Origin: Candidatus Hadarchaeales archaeon
GTDB lineage: Archaea; Hadarchaeota; Hadarchaeia; Hadarchaeales; WYZ-LMO6
Direction of reading: 5' to 3'
Assembly: GCA_038851755.1 (NCBI GenBank)
Contig: JAWCKR010000017.1
Coordinates: forward strand, 1-29,873
DNA length: 29,873 bases
The notes below the pieces were generated by a model. It saw only the letters and a list, made by a program, of their open reading frames with translations, was not told the DNA's origin and did no database searches. The translations under genes and the position numbers were made by a program. Shown here in pieces: positions 1 through 8,266 of this stretch (within the stretch, counting starts at the first letter, position 1; each line of letters begins with the position of its first letter).

Positions 1-131
1 AACCTTTCCAGTTCTCTGTCCATCTCTCTGAACTGCCTGAAAAACCTCTCGAACTCTCTATCCATGTCTCTGAAAAAATCCATGGGCCACTCCCCCCTCC
101 TCCTGAACCAGTTTTCCCAGAAATCCCACAT
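1..131 (-). CDS. Probable small heat shock protein (Hsp20) N-terminus; gene runs off the left edge of the window
   Basis: Not in ORF track. ATG at 131-129 preceded by SD-like GGTGGGA. Translates MWDFWENWFRRRGEWPMDFFRDMDREFERFFRQFREMDRELER..., the aromatic/acidic N-terminal pattern typical of archaeal Hsp20. The alpha-crystallin domain is outside the window. Confidence 0.6.
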   Translation of the reverse strand, partial: MWDFWENWFRRRGEWPMDFFRDMDREFERFFRQFREMDRELER

Positions 132-210
132 CTTCCCACCGCTATTCTCCCTAGAAGCGGGGGATAAAAAAATTCCGGTAACCCTTTATCCCGGAAACAC
201 TGAGAAAAAA

Positions 211-275
211 TTGCCGATGATGTCACGGTAAGCCTGAGCCCAGCGATGATTTGAATGATGGGCGGACTGAGGCAA
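211..275 (+). ncRNA. Box C/D guide sRNA candidate
   Basis: Terminal stem TTGCC(211-215)/GGCAA(271-275); C-like GATGATG (216-222); 11-nt guide; D' CTGA (234-237); C'-like GATGATT (245-251); D CTGA (267-270). Intergenic, with TTTATC (185-190) about 25 nt upstream. Confidence 0.75.
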
Positions 276-287
276 AAAAATAAAAAA
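274..287 (-). terminator. Oligo-T terminator for the glutamate synthase-family gene
   Basis: AAAAAAATAAAAAA on + is a T-tract on -, about 15 nt past the stop at 302. Confidence 0.5.
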
Positions 288-301
288 CATCCTGGGCAGG
301 C

Positions 302-1918
302 CTAACCCAGGATGGTTTCTATGAGTTCTTTCTCCGCTTCGTCCACCGTGGGTATGCCGGTGACCCGTGAGGCCCTCTCCGTGAGGGCCACGAGGTCCCC
401 CCTGTCTATCAGCTCCAGTTTCCACTTGCGCGCCCCGGCCATCAGCTGCTGCAGACCGACTCCTATCCTCTCGACCTGGTAGGTGTACAGGCCCAAGGCT
501 CCCGGGGGTATCTTCTGGAACTTCCTTCCGTACTTCTGTTTTAGCTCCGGAGCACTCACGAAGAACTTGGATGGATCCTTCCCGTACTGCTCCGAGAACT
601 TGGTCGGAAGCTTGTTCTTTTCCGCCAGCTCCGCGAAGTAGGATGCCTTCATCACCGCCGTCAGTGGAGACCGGGCCATGGTTATCGCCTTCACCACCGG
701 TCCATCTCCAAAGTTGCTCATGGCGATGGCCTTGAAGATCTGGGTCTCGTTTATGAACCCTCCAGCCATGCTGATGTCCGGCACGTATCTGCCCTTCTTC
801 TTCAGGATCTGGGCGCACTTCAGGATCTGTGCCTCCAAGTAAACCGTTGGGGTGCTCATCTCGTTCATCATGGGCACAGGGCTCATCCCCGTACCTCCCC
901 CAGCACCATCAAAGGTTATGTAGTCCACTCTCGCCTCAGAGGCTACCTTCATGGTCCAGGCCACATCCGCAGGACGGTAGGCACCTGTCTTCAGACTGAC
1001 CTTCTTGGCGCCCTGCCTTCTGAGCCACTCCACGTCTTCCACGAATCCCCTTTCGGTGGGCATTCCCACCCTGCTGTGTCGCTCGAAGGTCTTGAAGTAA
1101 CCCTGCTTGAAGGCCTCCTGTACCTCCGGGTCTTCGGGATCCGGCACCACCACATAACCCCTTCTCCTGAGGGTAAGGGCCCTCTCTAGGCTGTCCAGTC
1201 TCACCTCTCCTCCTATGGCCTTGGCACCCTGCCCCCACTTCCTCTCTATCACCTCCACCTCCAGCTTGGAGATGGCATAGACATCCACTCCGAACCTCTG
1301 GTCCTCCACGTTGGTCTGGACGGCGATACCTCCGTACTTCCCGTCCCAGAACTCCCTGAACTTCTTCACCCTAGACTCCAGGTCGGGGGAAGAGACCACC
1401 TTTCCCTGCGTGAAGGTGGCCTCCTGGTCCATGCCGCACACGTTCTCCCCTATCACCAGGATGACCCCGGCCAGAGCCGAACCCACCGCCAGACCGTCCC
1501 AGTTGTTCTTGGCCACGGCGGTTGAGCCGAAGGCCCCGTTGACCAGGGGAACGCGCAGAGGGATTCCCCCCAGCTTGGTGGAGATATCCACGTTGGGGAA
1601 AACCGCCCTGTCGGGATCCTCCTCTATTCCCTTGGCACCCCTGAGGCTCGCCAGGATGTTGAAGTGGGACCAGTCGAGACCGTAGTCCTTGAGGGAGGCC
1701 GCGGTGCTCCTCCCGAAGTACTCTGGTATTGGGTAAAGGACCTCCCTCCCCCTGAAGGCTGAGAGGCCCACCTCGCAAAGCACCGGACAATCCCTGATGC
1801 AGATGGGACACATCCCGCTGGTAGGGCTCACGTCTCTGACCCTGGAAGCTGTACCCGTGGTGGACTGCGCGTTTAGATACGCCGAGTTCCTCAGTACCCT
1901 TTCGGTCATATTTTTCAC
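302..1918 (-). CDS. FMN-binding glutamate synthase family protein (stand-alone GltB FMN-domain type)
   Basis: 538 aa; N-terminal CPICIRDCPVLC Cys cluster, IERKWGQGAKAIGG, LKTGAYR, TFDGAGGGTGMSP, MAGGF motifs. No glutamine amidotransferase domain. Start GTG 1918 or ATG 1909. Confidence 0.85.
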   Translation of the reverse strand: MKNMTERVLRNSAYLNAQSTTGTASRVRDVSPTSGMCPICIRDCPVLCEVGLSAFRGREVLYPIPEYFGRSTAASLKDYGLDWSHFNILASLRGAKGIEEDPDRAVFPNVDISTKLGGIPLRVPLVNGAFGSTAVAKNNWDGLAVGSALAGVILVIGENVCGMDQEATFTQGKVVSSPDLESRVKKFREFWDGKYGGIAVQTNVEDQRFGVDVYAISKLEVEVIERKWGQGAKAIGGEVRLDSLERALTLRRRGYVVVPDPEDPEVQEAFKQGYFKTFERHSRVGMPTERGFVEDVEWLRRQGAKKVSLKTGAYRPADVAWTMKVASEARVDYITFDGAGGGTGMSPVPMMNEMSTPTVYLEAQILKCAQILKKKGRYVPDISMAGGFINETQIFKAIAMSNFGDGPVVKAITMARSPLTAVMKASYFAELAEKNKLPTKFSEQYGKDPSKFFVSAPELKQKYGRKFQKIPPGALGLYTYQVERIGVGLQQLMAGARKWKLELIDRGDLVALTERASRVTGIPTVDEAEKELIETILG

Positions 1919-1936
1919 TTTTTTTTAAGGGAGCCT

Positions 1937-1965
1937 CTTTTAAAACTAGTTAGGAAAACTTCCTA
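1937..1965. promoter_or_regulatory. TATA box (TTTTAAAA 1938-1945) and adjacent palindrome TAGGAA-N3-TTCCTA (1951-1965) in the divergent gltB-like/nadE region
   Basis: Motifs read directly from the sequence; function is inferred. Confidence 0.5.
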
Positions 1966-2016
1966 CTCCCGCTCCGATAAAGCTAAAAGAAACGCTCACC
2001 CCCCTCGAATGAAGGT

Positions 2017-2811
2017 ATGAAGGATGTCTCCCCCTACCGCCCTTCCCTCCCCAATCCCCCCCGTACCTGTAAAGCGATCCTCTCCTTCATAAGGGAGAAG
2101 GTGGGAGAGGCCAGGGCTAAGGGGGTGGTGCTGGGGCTCAGCGGGGGTCTGGACTCCTCCACCGCCGCCTATCTCTCCGTCAGGGCACTGGGACGCAGAA
2201 GGGTCTTGGGCCTCCTCATGCCCGACCAAGCCACTTCATCCCGGGACTTGGAGGATGCCAAGCTCGTGGCGAAAAAGCTAAATATCCCCTACAGACTCTT
2301 CGACCTCAACCCCCTCTGCGAAAGAATTTTTCCGCTTTTCAGGGAAAACCGCAACGCCAGGGGAAACGTGAAGGCCCGCCTGCGCATGGTCCTACTCTAC
2401 TATGCCGCCAACTCCAAGAACCTGCTGGTGGTGGGCACGAGCGACAGAAGCGAGCTCCTCACGGGGTACTTCACCAAATACGGGGATGGGGGAGCCGACC
2501 TGCTGCCCCTAGGAGGGCTCTTCAAAACCCAGGTGAGGGAGCTGGCCAGTTACCTGGGGGTCCCAGAGCGCATCTTGAGCAAGCCCAGCACTCCAGGGCT
2601 ATGGCCTGGACAAACGGCGGAGGGTGAACTGGGGATGAGCTACGAACTCCTAGACTCCATCCTGCACCTGAAACTCGATCTGGGTATGAACCCCTCCTTT
2701 ATCCAGAAGAAACTGGGGGTTAGCAAAGAACTCATCGAGCGCCTCTTGAGGAGGGTGGAGGCAACGGAGCATAAGAGGAGGCTTCCCCCTTCCCCTACTC
2801 CACCAGCTTAA
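2017..2811 (+). CDS. nadE: NH3-dependent NAD+ synthetase
   Basis: GLSGGLDS, NVKARLRM, GYFTKYGDG, KPSTPGLW..QT.E.ELG motifs; 264 aa with no glutaminase domain. Confidence 0.95.
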   Translation: MKDVSPYRPSLPNPPRTCKAILSFIREKVGEARAKGVVLGLSGGLDSSTAAYLSVRALGRRRVLGLLMPDQATSSRDLEDAKLVAKKLNIPYRLFDLNPLCERIFPLFRENRNARGNVKARLRMVLLYYAANSKNLLVVGTSDRSELLTGYFTKYGDGGADLLPLGGLFKTQVRELASYLGVPERILSKPSTPGLWPGQTAEGELGMSYELLDSILHLKLDLGMNPSFIQKKLGVSKELIERLLRRVEATEHKRRLPPSPTPPA

Positions 2812-3334
2812 GCCTGAGCTTCATCTTATCCTCCTTTATCTCCGCTCTGTGACCCATACCCTCCAGGGTGTCCAGCAGCAGCTCCTTAACGAACCTCTTG
2901 CTGGGGTCCACGGTCAGGACCAGCGTGAACTCCTTCTCCGAAGTCTGGCTCATCTTGAAGAAGTTGCAGGCCTCTATCCTCTTCAGGTACTCAAGGGGTG
3001 AAAGGGAGGAAAGCTGCTCCGCGTGAGACAGGGAAACCTCCCGGCACTCCTTGTAGAACCTCTCCTTCTCCTCGCTCCTCCCCAGATGCTTGAAGAAGAG
3101 CAGCCAGTGATCCACATCCAGGATCACGTGCTCTCCGCTCTGGAGGAGGTCGAGCCATATCCTGACCTTTTCAGGATCCTTCAGCAGCTTCCCGTAGGTG
3201 GAGAAGAATTTCAGGGCAAACCTTATGAGGGCACTGTAGGTCATCCCGCTCTCCTGGCTCAGCCTCCTCAGGATATCCTCAGCCTCCTTGTCCAGGGCCA
3301 CGCTGAGACGTATGGGTGCGGGCAGGGACCTCAC
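2795..3334 (-). CDS. Ribbon-helix-helix (CopG-like) transcriptional regulator with C-terminal extension
   Basis: N-terminal RLSVALDKEAEDILRRLSQESGMTYSALIRFAL is an RHH pattern; GEHVILDVDHW motif; GTGA-coupled to the PAC2 gene. Confidence 0.75.
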   Translation of the reverse strand: MRSLPAPIRLSVALDKEAEDILRRLSQESGMTYSALIRFALKFFSTYGKLLKDPEKVRIWLDLLQSGEHVILDVDHWLLFFKHLGRSEEKERFYKECREVSLSHAEQLSSLSPLEYLKRIEACNFFKMSQTSEKEFTLVLTVDPSKRFVKELLLDTLEGMGHRAEIKEDKMKLRLKLVE

Positions 3335-4092
3335 CTTATGTACCAGGGCTCCTCTCTCTCCTCCGCGCCCTCCAAAGCCTCCCTGCGCTCGAACTCCTTC
3401 TTCAGCTTGCTCACCATCTTCTCCACCTCCTTGGCCCTCTCCTCCAGCACGCTCGTGTCTATCCTTATCCCCAGCATCTCACCCAGCACCTCCAGCACGG
3501 ACTGGGTGGAGCGGTGGTCCACGAAGGCTCCGTGGGTCTCCCCCAGCAGGCAGGTGCCCTTCATCCCCTTTATCCTCCCCAGCCCCAGCAGGAGCCCGGT
3601 GGTGCCGAGGATGGGGCCTATCTCCCTCTCACCGGGGACCACGTATCCCTTTCCCTCTTCCAGGAGTTCCCTGTCGGTGGCTATGGCCATCACCCTGGGC
3701 TTACCCTCCGTCTGCCTCCCAGTGGGATACCCTCCCAGGGCGAAGATCCTCTTCACCCCCAGCTTCTCCGCCACCTCCAGAATCTTCTCCACCATCTCGT
3801 ACTGCCCCTCGGGCGAGGTCACCTGACCATCCCCGGAGACTATGATCAAATCCTTGCCGTTGACCCTAGCCCAGAAGAAGGAGGCCCTGGGCAGCCTGAC
3901 CGACCCATCCTTCTCCACGAAGACGTGGTGGAGGAAGTGGGGGGAGTAGAGGTCGGCGAACCTCTCGGCCTTCATCTCGCTCGCCAGGTGCTCCGAGGCG
4001 AGCTTCCCCACATGACCTGCACCCCCCAACCCCTCTATCAACACGGGGTTCTTAACCCTGGGGACCTTCAGGAACCTGACCTCCGTCTCCAT
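3331..4092 (-). CDS. Proteasome assembly chaperone family protein (PAC2 family)
   Basis: PVLIEGLGGAGHVGKLA, IFALGGY, GTCLLGETHG motifs; conserved position after nop10. Start placed at ATG 4092 behind SD GGAGGTG, rather than 4134 as in the track. Confidence 0.88.
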   Translation of the reverse strand: METEVRFLKVPRVKNPVLIEGLGGAGHVGKLASEHLASEMKAERFADLYSPHFLHHVFVEKDGSVRLPRASFFWARVNGKDLIIVSGDGQVTSPEGQYEMVEKILEVAEKLGVKRIFALGGYPTGRQTEGKPRVMAIATDRELLEEGKGYVVPGEREIGPILGTTGLLLGLGRIKGMKGTCLLGETHGAFVDHRSTQSVLEVLGEMLGIRIDTSVLEERAKEVEKMVSKLKKEFERREALEGAEEREEPWYIR

Positions 4093-4243
4093 CTCCTTCC
4101 ACCTCCTTCTTGAGCTTCCTCCTGTATTTACCATACGGGTCTAGGGGTGAGAACCTGGGGGGATGGGGGGAAGAGGTTTCCCTTCCGCAGGAGGGGCACT
4201 TCTCCTTCAGGGTGTAGATGCCGCATCCCCTGCACTTTCTCAG
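4052..4243 (-). CDS. nop10: H/ACA RNP protein Nop10 (absent from the ORF track; probable CTG start)
   Basis: Frame reads RKCRGCGIYTLKEKCPSCGRETSSPHPPRFSPLDPYGKYRRKLKK to TAA at 4054-4052, the Nop10 signature, in its usual position between aIF2-alpha and PAC2. No in-frame ATG/GTG/TTG; CTG at 4243 follows AGGAGG by 9 nt. Confidence 0.9.
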   Translation of the reverse strand: MRKCRGCGIYTLKEKCPSCGRETSSPHPPRFSPLDPYGKYRRKLKKEVEGDGDGGQVPEGPQG

Positions 4244-4259
4244 CCTGACCGGCCTCCTT

Positions 4260-5075
4260 TCAGCGCCCCCCTCCCTTGGCCGCGTGGAACTCCCCCTTTC
4301 CCCCTTGCGCTTTGAGCGAATTTATAGCCAGCTCGGCAACCTTCCTCAGAGCCGCCTCCGCCTCCTTGTAGGAAGAGGCCGAGACCTCTACCCTGTACCT
4401 GGGAGAACCCACATAGTATATCTCCACCCTCGCACCGTCGCTCGATACCCCCTCCTTGGCCTTCACCATGGCCTCCCTGATCTTCTCCACCCCATCCGGG
4501 GCCATCGAGCGCAACTCCAGGTAACCCACCACCTTGAAGAAGGGAAGCTCCACCAGGGAAGAGGAGACCTTCACCAGCGCGTTGACCCACTTCTTGCTCA
4601 GCCCCAGCCCTTCCAGCGCCCTTCCCCCCTCCTTCGCCGCCTGCTCCAAGCCCGTGTACATGTCCCCGAACTTCTCCTGCAGCTTGAAACCCGCCTCCTC
4701 GTAGGCCTCGTCCAGGGACTTCCGGAGCTTCTTGGCCGCCAGCTCAAGCAGCTTCTCCGCCCTTTCCTCCCTCCTCCACTGCTCCCTCTTCCACGCCTTT
4801 TCGCTCTCCTTGACCCTCCTCATGGAGAGGTCCACATGACCCCTCTTCTCGTCCACCGCCAGAACCCTGCACACCACCGTCTGTCCTTCCCTGATGTGTT
4901 CCCTGATGTTCTTGATCCAGCCGGAAGCCACCTCGGAAAGGTGAACCAGCCCCACCTTTCCCCCGTACTCCTCAAGCCTTACGAAAGCCCCCTCGGGAAA
5001 AACCTCGGAGATGGTGCCTATCACCAGCTCGTCCGGCGAGGGAAACTCATTCTTTCGCCTCACCAACCCCCTCAC
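4260..5075 (-). CDS. eif2a: Translation initiation factor 2 alpha subunit
   Basis: S1 domain (LVIGTI..V...GAFVRLEEY...[17 protein letters not shown]) and C-terminal YVGSPRYR. Confidence 0.95.
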   Translation of the reverse strand: MRGLVRRKNEFPSPDELVIGTISEVFPEGAFVRLEEYGGKVGLVHLSEVASGWIKNIREHIREGQTVVCRVLAVDEKRGHVDLSMRRVKESEKAWKREQWRREERAEKLLELAAKKLRKSLDEAYEEAGFKLQEKFGDMYTGLEQAAKEGGRALEGLGLSKKWVNALVKVSSSLVELPFFKVVGYLELRSMAPDGVEKIREAMVKAKEGVSSDGARVEIYYVGSPRYRVEVSASSYKEAEAALRKVAELAINSLKAQGGKGEFHAAKGGGR

Positions 5076-5235
5076 CTCCCCCCTTCCTTCCCCCCAGGAT
5101 CTTCGCCTTCCCTCCGGTGGGCACCACCAGGGTTTTCCCGCACACCGCGCACCTGACGCGCACGGTGGAGTGGCTGTAAACCACCTGCTCGTTCCCGCAG
5201 CCGTCGCAAATCACCTCTAGGAACTCACCAGGCAA
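5047..5235 (-). CDS. rps27e: 30S ribosomal protein S27e
   Basis: [37 protein letters not shown]. Confidence 0.95.
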   Translation of the reverse strand: MPGEFLEVICDGCGNEQVVYSHSTVRVRCAVCGKTLVVPTGGKAKILGGRKGGGEGVGEAKE

Positions 5236-5239
5236 GCTC

Positions 5240-5518
5240 TCACCCCACTATCTCTATCTTCTTGGCCCGAAAGCCCACCCTCGGGTGCGCCTTCCCGCAC
5301 TCCCCACACCTCAGGAGGAGGGCAACCTTCTTGGTGGTCTTCGCGAACTTCTTCTGCTCCGACCTGGGCTGTCCCCCGTAACCCCTCATCACCCTGGCGA
5401 ACTGCCTCTGGCCCCAGCTGATCGAACGGGGGGACTTCTTCTTCACCTGACTCACGGTGTGCTCCGTGTGCTTCCTGCACAGGGGACAGTAGGTGCGGAT
5501 CTTCTTGGGTACCTTCAT
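5240..5518 (-). CDS. rpl44e: 50S ribosomal protein L44e (eL42)
   Basis: [20 protein letters not shown]...GYGGQPR...KTTKK..L.LRC.ECGK. True start is ATG 5518; the track ORF is over-extended. Confidence 0.95.
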   Translation of the reverse strand: MKVPKKIRTYCPLCRKHTEHTVSQVKKKSPRSISWGQRQFARVMRGYGGQPRSEQKKFAKTTKKVALLLRCGECGKAHPRVGFRAKKIEIVG

Positions 5519-5519
5519 C

Positions 5520-6080
5520 CTATCCCTTCCCAACCAGGCCAAAAAAACGTTTGGGATGGAGCTTTCTGGCGAAGCGGTGGGCCACCAGGAGCTCCGCCGT
5601 CCCCCTGGGCAGGGAGACGATCTCCCCCTCCTCGAAGGGGCCATAGTACCTCAGGTCCTCTCCCACTATCCTGGGGACCTTCCCGAGCACCACCAGAAGC
5701 TCATGACCGGGCTCCGGCAGGGGGGGTTCTTCCTCCGGCCCGGACCCCAGCAGCTCCCTTCTGGCCCTGTCCAGCGCCTCCAACAGCTCGGAGAAGAACC
5801 GGTGCTCCCTCTCGTCCTGCGAGGATGGTTTTCCCCCCTCAAGTGATAACCTCACCGCCTTGAGGGTCCTGAGGGTGAAGAGCTCCGCCAGAAGACCCCC
5901 GGCCTCCCTCAGCTCCTCCTCCAGCAGTTCCTTCCTCAGCCCCTCGCTTCTCTCCAGCTCGGCCTGCAGACGGAAGAGGTAGCTCGAAACCCCTGAGTAG
6001 AAGCCGGGGGGAAGGGGGGAGAGAGCTCTGGAGGTCCTCTCCTCCAGCCAAGCCCGCTCAAGTCTTTCCCAGTCCTCCAT
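5520..6080 (-). CDS. GINS complex subunit Gins51 (Gins15)
   Basis: N-terminal helical domain with LPPGFY and C-terminal B domain DLRYYGPFEEGEIVSLP; located downstream of priS. Confidence 0.85.
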   Translation of the reverse strand: MEDWERLERAWLEERTSRALSPLPPGFYSGVSSYLFRLQAELERSEGLRKELLEEELREAGGLLAELFTLRTLKAVRLSLEGGKPSSQDEREHRFFSELLEALDRARRELLGSGPEEEPPLPEPGHELLVVLGKVPRIVGEDLRYYGPFEEGEIVSLPRGTAELLVAHRFARKLHPKRFFGLVGKG

Positions 6081-7011
6081 TCCCTCCCTCCCTGACGAAC
6101 CTGGGGACGGCCTGGTCCAGGGAGAAGTTCTCTATGTCCCTGATGTACATGCACTTCATGCTCACCCCGGAGTGCAGGGTGGAGGGCAGCCTGAGGATCC
6201 GCTTGACGTCCACCGTGACCTTTCCGTCCACCCAGCAGGAGTTCAGCCTCGCCAGGAACTCCAGCAGGCGCTGTCCCTTCTCCCCCAGCGTCCTTATCTC
6301 CTCCATCCTCCCCCTGCGCAAAGCCTGCAGCACCTCCTCCTTCTTCTCCTGGATTTTGGCCGCGGCCCTGGGGAAGACCTCCCTCAGCCTCTCCTCCGGC
6401 AGACGCTCCAGCGTCCTGGCGGCGAATTCCCTGAAAACCTTAGAGTAACCCAGAGCGAGGGAGAGGTCGGTGGGAATCACCCCTCCCGTGACATAAGAAA
6501 CCACCTGGGCCCTCTCGTTCTGCTCCAGTTTGGACACCGACTCGTCGAGAACCCGGAGGTGAAACCCCCTTCCGGAATAGGAGAAGCGGAGGTCGTGCAA
6601 CCCCAGATCGGAGGTGAGCACATCGGAGAAGAGCATCACCACCCTGCGGGCCTCCTCCAGGCACCTCTCGCACACCTCGCCCTCCCCGCACCCGCACGGC
6701 TTGACGGGCAGGTCCTTGGCGTCCACATCGAAAGCCAGCTCGGACTTGATCCAGCCGGCCCTCTGGGAGGGATGCTCGTAGAGGGCCACGCTGATGTAGA
6801 CGGAGAAGGGGAAGCTCTCCCTCAGATAGGAAGCCAGCTGCTCCAGGGTGAAGAACTGCCGGTACCTCTGGCTGGGTCCGTTACCGTCAGGATCAAAGCC
6901 GAACTCCCTCAGGGAAAGGGTCTGCTGGACGAAGTCAGGGACCTCATGCCTGCTCCACTCCTCCCTGTAGAACTTCTTCCTCTCCTCTGGCGTCGCCCTT
7001 CTGAACTCCAT
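6058..7011 (-). CDS. priS: DNA primase small (catalytic) subunit
   Basis: REFGFD, ELAFDVDAKD, YSGRGFH, DVKRILRLPSTLH. Start ATG 7011 (MEFRRATPEER). Confidence 0.95.
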   Translation of the reverse strand: MEFRRATPEERKKFYREEWSRHEVPDFVQQTLSLREFGFDPDGNGPSQRYRQFFTLEQLASYLRESFPFSVYISVALYEHPSQRAGWIKSELAFDVDAKDLPVKPCGCGEGEVCERCLEEARRVVMLFSDVLTSDLGLHDLRFSYSGRGFHLRVLDESVSKLEQNERAQVVSYVTGGVIPTDLSLALGYSKVFREFAARTLERLPEERLREVFPRAAAKIQEKKEEVLQALRRGRMEEIRTLGEKGQRLLEFLARLNSCWVDGKVTVDVKRILRLPSTLHSGVSMKCMYIRDIENFSLDQAVPRFVREGGNGGLGKT

Positions 7012-8266
7012 CCCTTCTACCCTCCCAGCGCAACCGCTTATAGTAGTAGGTGAGGGGATTCTTGATTTCCCTGCAAACCTCATCGGGGACACAGAGGAAG
7101 GGTGCGGAGGAGGAGATCTTCCTGCAGTTGGGTGGGCTGTACCACTTGCTCCTGCCCGAGTCCTCGGGCCTGGGATCCGTCGTCATGCCGAATCCCAGGT
7201 GGTAGTAAACGTTCGCCTTCTCCTGGGGCTGGTCCGTGAAGAGGGGGGGATGGCACCTCTCGGCGGCCTCGAAGATGAGGGGGATGATCTCCTCCTTCAC
7301 CACGGAAAAACCCTCAGGCAAATCCCTTATCTTGGTGACCACCCTGCCCGAGGGCGGAAGGCGGGCATGGGAGAGGAAGGAAGTGAGCAGGACCGTGATG
7401 GCGTAGTTCCTGCCACCGGAACCCACCCCGCTGAGGGCCCGCTTGATGCAGGGGGGGAAGAACTCGGGCCTGAGCTTGCCCCTGGGGAACCTGACCCCCA
7501 CCTCCACCACCTCCTGAGGGAGGAGGGAGGAGATCCTCTCCCCCACCCTCACGAGCACCTCTGGCGGCTTCTTCCCCTCCGAAAAGCGCTCGTAGAGGGA
7601 GGCCACGTACTCCTCGCACTTCAGACCCATCAGCCCCGAGAAGAAGTTCCAGAGCCGGTAGGGCGTTACCACCGCCTTCCCCTCCACCAGGTAGAGATCG
7701 GTGAGCTGGACCTTCCCAGCCTTCATCAGGGGGGAGAGATCCGTCCAGGGAAGATAGAACCTGGGCTGGTGCTGGGGCGGGACCGGCTCGGGCGGGGTGG
7801 GGATGCCCGCTTCCCTCAGACTGGAGTTCCTTATCGAGAAGAGATCCCCCTTGGGAATCCTCCCCGCAAGCTCACCCAGCTCCGAGACCCTCAGATATCT
7901 GCGAATTACCTCCAGACACGGGCCCTCGTACCCGCGGGTGAAGAGATGGTAGAGCCTGTATCTCACCGTCTCCTCCGTTTTTTCCCCGGCCAGCCTGACC
8001 TCCCTGGAATAGGGATAGGAAACGGAGGCCAAACCCTGGCACATGAGAAAGAAGGAGAGGACCTCCTTCCTCACCTCCTCCGGGCTGAAGCCCACCACCA
8101 TCTCCGCCCCAGTCCTCCAGCGAAGCCTCCCCACCGCCCTCTCCACCACCTCTTCTGGCAGGGAGGAGAAGGGGGGTGAGGAGCGCACCAGCTCCCTGGC
8201 CTCAGAAGAGAAAAAGTCCAGGACCGCAGGGTATTCCGGTAGGGGGAACATCTCCTCCCGGCTCAC
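6944..8266 (-). CDS. priL: DNA primase large (regulatory) subunit
   Basis: FPPCI..ALSGVGSGGRNYAITVLLTSFL and WYSPPNC..I...C...C..IKNPLTYY Fe-S domain motifs. Confidence 0.92.
   Translation of the reverse strand: MSREEMFPLPEYPAVLDFFSSEARELVRSSPPFSSLPEEVVERAVGRLRWRTGAEMVVGFSPEEVRKEVLSFFLMCQGLASVSYPYSREVRLAGEKTEETVRYRLYHLFTRGYEGPCLEVIRRYLRVSELGELAGRIPKGDLFSIRNSSLREAGIPTPPEPVPPQHQPRFYLPWTDLSPLMKAGKVQLTDLYLVEGKAVVTPYRLWNFFSGLMGLKCEEYVASLYERFSEGKKPPEVLVRVGERISSLLPQEVVEVGVRFPRGKLRPEFFPPCIKRALSGVGSGGRNYAITVLLTSFLSHARLPPSGRVVTKIRDLPEGFSVVKEEIIPLIFEAAERCHPPLFTDQPQEKANVYYHLGFGMTTDPRPEDSGRSKWYSPPNCRKISSSAPFLCVPDEVCREIKNPLTYYYKRLRWEGRRDGVQKGDARGEEEVLQGGVEQA

Noticed and set aside
211-275. C/D-motif unit as part of a TIGR-like guide array
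   Set aside because: Only one unit is present and no Nop-domain effector gene is adjacent; an ordinary C/D sRNA explains it.
1953-1963. NrpR operator
   Set aside because: Spacing is GGAA-N3-TTCC, not N6; kept only as an unassigned palindrome.
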